DNA from: a virus
Direction: 5' to 3' (one strand)
Virus record (IMG/VR): IMGVR_UViG_3300021091_000027
Coordinates: 1-64,000 of that record
Length of the DNA stretch: 64,000 nt
A program made the translations under genes and the position numbers. Position 1 is the first letter of the stretch, and every line of letters begins with the position of its first letter. This document shows positions 58,315 to 64,000 of the stretch, piece by piece. The notes beneath the pieces are model-generated. The model made no database searches. It was not told the origin of the DNA and worked only from the letters and a program-made list of their open reading frames with translations.

Positions 58315-58731
58315 TTATTTGTTCCCGGGTGTTTTCCCAGGATATAACGGACCTAACTCGGTCTCGACTGTGGTCGAACCTTCACCTTGAGATCTAGGGT
58401 TCCCGGGAATCGTTATTGTTGGATTGCCGTGTATGGGGATGTAATCATCCAGCAGGCGATTTTTAGCTTTAAGACCCCCGTACAGGCCTACTCCGCCACC
58501 CAGTCCGAGTCCGGCCAGGCCACCATAGCCGAGGCCTTTTAGAATCGACTTGCCTCTCAGCGCCTGAATCAAGCCGCCAATGGCAGAACCCCCCAGGGCC
58601 CCCAGACCGCCGCCGATGGCGGTGTTCGTATACGGCAGGATCTTGGCGAGATCTGCGAGCGTTCCACTCCACTGCAAACCGGCAGACTTGACAGAGACCA
58701 TACGTTGAAGATTATTTGCTACTTTAATCAT
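58315..58731 (-). CDS. glycine-zipper protein with MIKVANNL leader
   Basis: MIKVANNLQRMVSVKSAG; two Gly-zipper helices. Confidence 0.65.
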   Translation of the reverse strand: MIKVANNLQRMVSVKSAGLQWSGTLADLAKILPYTNTAIGGGLGALGGSAIGGLIQALRGKSILKGLGYGGLAGLGLGGGVGLYGGLKAKNRLLDDYIPIHGNPTITIPGNPRSQGEGSTTVETELGPLYPGKTPGNK

Positions 58732-58733
58732 AA

Positions 58734-60080
58734 TTACATTTCTTGGGCTGTGCCTATTTGAGAGTTAAGAGAGTTCTGTTCGTGCTGTTGTCTTGCTTGT
58801 CGAGCCTTAACCGCAGCGAGTCCAGCCTGAGCATCGAGAGCATCTAGTTTAGCTTGTTCTTTCTTTTCGTTCATGCGAGCCTCAAAAGAAGAATCGTCTT
58901 CGCCGGGCATTGGATTAGTGTCATCCATAAGCATTTGTTGCATAGCGGGCATCATGCCCATATTGGCTTCTTTAAATAAACGACTCAGTAGATCGTCGGT
59001 TGTTTCTGGTATATAGCCGGAGGTCTTAACAGCTTCTTCAAAGCGGCGGGCTTCTGGTTTAGGCATAGTGGGCAGAATTTCTGCAGCCTTGTTGCGGTCT
59101 ACGTTAAAGCCATCTGTCTGGCAGTAAGACAAAAAATCGTCTCCAGCAATCTTAAGGCCTTTTTCAAGTTGATGGTCGCTGATCTTGGTGAGATCTACTG
59201 GGATGCCAGTAGTTAAATGAACAATTCCATCAGCTACTGATGCAGCTTTAGTAAGGCTGACCCTAAAGCATACATCAATGGGGTGCTGCAGAGCCGAACC
59301 CCACTTTGAATTTAAGCCGTGTTTAATATCAAAAGCCTCTAGGCAGTTACAAATTATATCCCCCGCGTTACACAATTCAAATGGATGGGTGCTTAAATCA
59401 TTGGCTACTTTTAATAACTCATCTTCAAGTTCTGACCACTTAACGGTAGGTATGCTACTTAATCTGTCTGTGATAGCAACAGCTATTTTGCAGTTTATAT
59501 TTGAATAAGTATTTGAATTAGCAACTCTGTCAATATAGGCAGCAGCTTTTACGTTTAATTTAAAAATGTCTGCCCTTGCCTGCAACTTAGAGGCTGTTTT
59601 CCTTTGAACATCTGTAAGAAACTTATACCTATTTTCATATAGCCACTCTGCGCTGGCCGTAGCTGCTTCTTTGGTGTGATCTGGACATCTTTCTATCTTT
59701 GCACCTTTATGCTCAAATGTCATAGCATACGATACTGGAATAATTTGTTGTTCAAATGCAGATTTGATAGTTTCTACATCTTCTAAGATGCCCCAAACTC
59801 TTGCTGCATTTAATAATTTTACTTCAGCTTGTTTCCCTATCGGTGAAGTGCTACACTGGTTGCCGTAGAAATAAAGAGCAGAACACCAGCAATCAGATTT
59901 ACTGTCGAGGGCAAATTTCTTGTTTACTGTGTCCGCAAAGCATTTAGAACTCTTTATAGCAGCGGCGTCTTTAGTAAGAACGCCTGCAGACTTAACATAT
60001 TCAGGCATTGCCACTTGTTGTATGAGCGCATTATAGTACTTTTTAGAGACGTCATCAGTTATGTCAATCCAGCGAATCAT
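58734..60080 (-). CDS. KxA-rich hypothetical protein
   Basis: VKSAG, GKQAE, RKTAS, LKVAN, TKAAS, FKEAN; upstream GAAGGA RBS and TATAAT on the minus strand. Confidence 0.7.
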   Translation of the reverse strand: MIRWIDITDDVSKKYYNALIQQVAMPEYVKSAGVLTKDAAAIKSSKCFADTVNKKFALDSKSDCWCSALYFYGNQCSTSPIGKQAEVKLLNAARVWGILEDVETIKSAFEQQIIPVSYAMTFEHKGAKIERCPDHTKEAATASAEWLYENRYKFLTDVQRKTASKLQARADIFKLNVKAAAYIDRVANSNTYSNINCKIAVAITDRLSSIPTVKWSELEDELLKVANDLSTHPFELCNAGDIICNCLEAFDIKHGLNSKWGSALQHPIDVCFRVSLTKAASVADGIVHLTTGIPVDLTKISDHQLEKGLKIAGDDFLSYCQTDGFNVDRNKAAEILPTMPKPEARRFEEAVKTSGYIPETTDDLLSRLFKEANMGMMPAMQQMLMDDTNPMPGEDDSSFEARMNEKKEQAKLDALDAQAGLAAVKARQARQQHEQNSLNSQIGTAQEM

Positions 60081-62733
60081 AGATGGTGTTCCTTCGGAAA
60101 AGTTCTACTCGGCCTTCCATTATACAAAAATTCTGAAACTTTTGGGCTACGACGATATTGCCAAACCTGGCAGTTATGTTAGATGCATTAAGTGTAAAAC
60201 TGCAAATATGTACGTTTCGGCGTTAATTCCATTTGGCGGATGGATGTACTGCGATAAATGTAAACTTTCATGTGAAGGCCTTCGCCTGTACGGCCAGGCG
60301 TACAAGATCTTAAATCCAGAAGAATTAGTACATAAAATTGCAGAAGAGCTAAAAATAAAAGATCTGTTAATGGAAGATTTAATTAGTTATTCTACATTTT
60401 ATCAAAGGTATTACAATAAAGTATTGAAGGTGTGGGAAATCGCCAGAAACAACATGTTTCCAACCGCTAATAGATTTGCTACAGGCAGACTTAGCGAACT
60501 TAATCTTTGGGTAAGTCAGGAGACCTATAATCGAGGATTTACAGATTGGTTCGGATATGCCCATAAACATGAAATAGAGGAGCTGCTGGAAGATAAAATC
60601 CATGGATTTGGAAAAGCTACAGAAGGGCTAATAGTTACTCCTTTTTACTTAAACCCTGGATTTATTTCAGGATTTGGATTTATAGGAAATAAAGACCAGC
60701 TTAATTATTTAAACGTCTTAAGTGGGCACTATCCAGGATACTGCGGCTTAAATTCTTGTCATAGAGACCCCTCTGCAGAGGTCTATGTCTTAGATCACCC
60801 CCTTCAAGCAGCGAGAATAGTCCAAAAATGTACGATAGAGCGTTATAATAAATTGTCTGTGGTGGCCAAGTCCCCAATAGGTCAATTAGATCCACTGTTC
60901 TTACCTAAGCCAACAATCGTTTGGACGGACGCCCCAGATACCGCATTTTTAAAAACTTGTATAAAGTCTAAAAACTTTAAAATAATGCTAGATGATACTC
61001 CGTATATTTGGAGGCCTGCTGAGAAAACATCAAAGTTATGGATGGGTAATTTAATGCCTACGATCCATAAACATATATCTGAAAATAATTTAATCAATCC
61101 TTTGGATTTTCTCACTACAGAACTTATCACAATGGGGGTTGTAAACGCTAGGAATGTCGTAAAAGCTATGGAGCTTTCGACATTTCAAAAGAACCTCATA
61201 CTTGCTTCGTGCTCAAATACGATACGAGAAGAGCTTGAGGATATTCTTGAGAATGTGGCAACCTCTCAACTAGTAATAATAGATAAAAAAATAGTATTTG
61301 AAAAAGATGGAAAACTGTGGATGCAGGGTTCCAGGGAAATTCCAGATGAACTCATATGCAATGCTACAGTGAGAATCACTAATATATGCAGATCAAAACA
61401 AGATGGAAAGGCGTCTTTGTTTGGGAGATTTACATTTGAAGGCAAAGAAGTGGATTTTCAGATGGACGAAGAACTCCTGGAATCCGATCCTGCAAAAGCT
61501 CTTGCATTAATTTCTGTCAATGCAGGCATATCAAAGCATCCATTTTTGCTCGATTCAATGTCTAAAAAGTATTTAGACATAATATTGAGACTTAGTTCAC
61601 CAGAGGTGCATGCTGTGCAGAACTACGTTGGCTATGACTTTGATACCGGTAGATTCAATATACCTAGAATGTCGATAGATTCGCACCAGATAAGAGTCGG
61701 AGTTCCATTCGTAATGGATGACGTGGAGCCGCCCTGTGCATCCGTAATGATGGATCCCGGCATAGCCATAGACTCAATAGCCAGTTTATTTGATTATGGG
61801 CCAGAAACAGCGGCATATATGGCAGGAATGGCCTCCATGATTTCTGCTATACATTCGGTCATCAACGAATCTTCGAGAACAAATACCTTGTTTGGGGGTA
61901 GCAAAGGATCCTTGGCAGAATATATATTTGACGTAATCAGGATGGATTTAGGCCTGAAGGCCACCACTTTGAACAACAAAGATGATATGGAGTCTGCTCA
62001 CTCCTTAGCCACTATACACCACGTACCTGTAGCCATAGATGGCAATAGATCCAAGCCCAAGCTTTTGGCTCAGTGGCTGGAGGGACAAGGCCTAAACAGC
62101 ATGGTTGTCGTTAATCCTATGATGGCGTCGGCCCTAGCTGCTGATAAGGATTGGGCATTTGTGCGAGCAGATGTGCCGTTCTCATATGAAACAAAGGCTT
62201 TATTGAAAAGTGAAAATGCATTTCCTTTTCTCATGCAGTATTCTCTTACAGTAAAGCATAATGGACCACATAGCTTTTTAGATAACCTAAAGTATTTGGC
62301 TAATTCTCTAAACAAACCCGCACGAGTAATAGAGGCCGCAAAGGCTATGGTTTCCACAAAAGGTTACATAAATAGCTCTTCAGCAGCCGCACACTTAATA
62401 AACTTTATACATGAGGGTGTCGAAAACGGCATGTTCAAGACCTTTACTGGGGAAAGCACTAAGAAGCGGTATGTGATATTAAAAAATCCAATGGAAGACA
62501 TTGTGGCAATAGATTTAGCTAATTTGTGGGGTCAGATGAGGTATTACAACATACCTGTAGTGGCTTGGGAAGCAGCTATTTTACATTTAAAAGACCTTGG
62601 AGCAAAAAGTATGACCAAAAATGGAGTATCCTTATTGGTATTACCTAAGCCCACATGGAATACCCTTGTGTCGTCAATAAAGAGATTAAAAAGCCTTAGA
62701 AAAGCGGCTTTGATGAATCTATTTAACAACTAA
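60061..62733 (+). CDS. Zn-finger protein, possible primase/helicase-related (DUF927-like) replication protein
   Basis: N-terminal CIKC..CDKC. Size and layout resemble phage primase-helicases, but no intact Walker A or TOPRIM motif was seen. Confidence 0.45.
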   Translation: MSIQRIIDGVPSEKFYSAFHYTKILKLLGYDDIAKPGSYVRCIKCKTANMYVSALIPFGGWMYCDKCKLSCEGLRLYGQAYKILNPEELVHKIAEELKIKDLLMEDLISYSTFYQRYYNKVLKVWEIARNNMFPTANRFATGRLSELNLWVSQETYNRGFTDWFGYAHKHEIEELLEDKIHGFGKATEGLIVTPFYLNPGFISGFGFIGNKDQLNYLNVLSGHYPGYCGLNSCHRDPSAEVYVLDHPLQAARIVQKCTIERYNKLSVVAKSPIGQLDPLFLPKPTIVWTDAPDTAFLKTCIKSKNFKIMLDDTPYIWRPAEKTSKLWMGNLMPTIHKHISENNLINPLDFLTTELITMGVVNARNVVKAMELSTFQKNLILASCSNTIREELEDILENVATSQLVIIDKKIVFEKDGKLWMQGSREIPDELICNATVRITNICRSKQDGKASLFGRFTFEGKEVDFQMDEELLESDPAKALALISVNAGISKHPFLLDSMSKKYLDIILRLSSPEVHAVQNYVGYDFDTGRFNIPRMSIDSHQIRVGVPFVMDDVEPPCASVMMDPGIAIDSIASLFDYGPETAAYMAGMASMISAIHSVINESSRTNTLFGGSKGSLAEYIFDVIRMDLGLKATTLNNKDDMESAHSLATIHHVPVAIDGNRSKPKLLAQWLEGQGLNSMVVVNPMMASALAADKDWAFVRADVPFSYETKALLKSENAFPFLMQYSLTVKHNGPHSFLDNLKYLANSLNKPARVIEAAKAMVSTKGYINSSSAAAHLINFIHEGVENGMFKTFTGESTKKRYVILKNPMEDIVAIDLANLWGQMRYYNIPVVAWEAAILHLKDLGAKSMTKNGVSLLVLPKPTWNTLVSSIKRLKSLRKAALMNLFNN

Positions 62734-62848
62734 TAATGTGTTAAAATAATATAACGGTTGCTAACTCTATATTAGCAGAAAAATGTAGGCTAAAATAGCC
62801 TTATTAATATGTTAAAATACTTTAGTACCTATTTGCTACTAAAGCGCA

Positions 62849-62896
62849 CTTTTTCTATCTTATTACAGGTTTATACATATAATAAGATAGAAAAAG
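62849..62896. repeat. perfect 17-bp AT-rich inverted repeat
   Basis: ctttttctatcttatta-N14-taataagatagaaaaag between convergent genes. Confidence 0.85.
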
Positions 62897-62941
62897 GCGT
62901 ACTGCCCTGATTTAAACTACTTGTTTTTTCAGCCTTAGCTA

Positions 62942-63991
62942 TTAGTCAAGATCGGTATTATTGTAGTAGGCCGATGGATTACTCATGTGTATGTGCTCGT
63001 CTCCATCCAATACTTCGTCCATAAGGTTTGGTATGAGCTCTGGGTATCTTCTCCACAAGGTTATTACAGCAAATGCTACGGCATGTAGGAAATCGTCTGG
63101 CATTCCAGGATTTCTACGGATGTATCTTCGCTCTGTGCCAAACATACTTTCACTACTTTCTTCATAAACAGCCAAAAAATGGTCCATTATGTTCTGGCCC
63201 ACTGAGTCAACCATGCTGTCATACTGGGGAAATCGTATGTTTTTGTTCTTAATTGCCAGGCATACCGCCGCTATAACTTTACTTTTGTCCAAATTGTAAT
63301 AGCTAGTTGGATTTATACTCGTAGGGGGTACGAATTGCAGCATGGATTTTATACTTCCGCTGGCTGCATATCTGCAGTTTATGAGTCTAGAGTCCGGAAC
63401 TCCGATGCTTCTCATGATGCTAAGCCTTACTTCTCCTGCAACTGCAACGTCATGGGCTATGGTGGTGCATTTAAATTCATTGGAGATTTCTACAATCTCT
63501 TTGGTTTCGAGCACCGAGTCCATCATTGCAGGAAATACATGGCCAAATACGATATCTATGTTTCCATCTGGCATGTAGCAAGCCACTGCAGCAGCTGTCA
63601 TTGATTGAAATCGACTTCCTTTTCCTCCCCAATCCACCCCTAGCACTCTGTCTACGTATTTTAAGACCTGAGAAGCATTTTCCTTAGAGTTGGCAGGTAA
63701 AACTCCAGCGGCCTTTAGCTCACTCTGACTCACCAACCTTTGGCCCTCATCACACGCCTCTCCAAGAACTTCATTGATAAAAACAGCCGGAGCCACCAAC
63801 TCTCTTTTTAAAAGCAATGATTTCCAATTTTTGGGGTTTGCATAATGAACTGGGGCTATGACTTGAGGAACGTGGTAGCTCGGAAAGTTATTAGACTTTT
63901 CTTTATATTTATGAACCCAGAATCCCTTTTCAGGTTGAAGTAGTTTATGACATTTGGCACAGCACAATCCTTCGGGACGAATCATTTCCAT
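62942..63991 (-). CDS. terminase large subunit, GpA-like nuclease half (N-terminus outside window)
   Basis: CAKC..GFWV, SYHVPQ, FINEVLGEA, LGVDWG (RNase H-like Asp), PDDFLHA. Confidence 0.8.
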   Translation of the reverse strand: MEMIRPEGLCCAKCHKLLQPEKGFWVHKYKEKSNNFPSYHVPQVIAPVHYANPKNWKSLLLKRELVAPAVFINEVLGEACDEGQRLVSQSELKAAGVLPANSKENASQVLKYVDRVLGVDWGGKGSRFQSMTAAAVACYMPDGNIDIVFGHVFPAMMDSVLETKEIVEISNEFKCTTIAHDVAVAGEVRLSIMRSIGVPDSRLINCRYAASGSIKSMLQFVPPTSINPTSYYNLDKSKVIAAVCLAIKNKNIRFPQYDSMVDSVGQNIMDHFLAVYEESSESMFGTERRYIRRNPGMPDDFLHAVAFAVITLWRRYPELIPNLMDEVLDGDEHIHMSNPSAYYNNTDLD

Positions 63992-64000
63992 AACGCCAAG

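Noticed and set aside
1-64000. Alternative genetic code (TAG or TGA recoding)
   Set aside because: Coding density is high in the standard code, and all three stops end genes at tight junctions.
1-64000. tRNA, rRNA, introns, inteins, transposases or a diversity-generating retroelement
   Set aside because: No cloverleaf, splicing motifs, reverse transcriptase or template/variable repeat pair was recognised by eye. tRNAscan-SE and Infernal were not run.

Overview
The window is a gene-dense segment of a large tailed dsDNA phage with a contractile tail (myovirus-like, probably jumbo class), read in the standard code. The + strand runs as follows. First come low-complexity or hypothetical head-region genes and the C-terminal half of a split multi-subunit RNA polymerase beta' subunit (1507-3366). 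The head module follows: prohead protease, scaffold, cement protein, major capsid protein and neck proteins. Next are a fibre gene, a SAM methyltransferase, and the tail genes: sheath, tube, spike, a chaperone with a -1 frameshift, and tape measure. The baseplate genes come next, with a sigma-70-type factor embedded among them. After these lie an array of paralogous Cys-rich fibre-like proteins (one with an intact trypsin-like protease), a ~15% Cys protein and a glycosyltransferase-like gene. The window ends with a minus-strand block of putative internal virion proteins, a Zn-finger primase/helicase-like gene and a truncated GpA-type large terminase. The most striking unexplained signal is a K-x-A(-S/A/E/G/N/D) motif concentrated in head-region and minus-block proteins, often closing a short N-terminal leader. 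It is a candidate head-targeting and proteolytic maturation code read by the phage protease. All product calls come from motif recognition by eye and gene order; no database search was run. No tRNA, rRNA, CRISPR array or portal gene was recognised.
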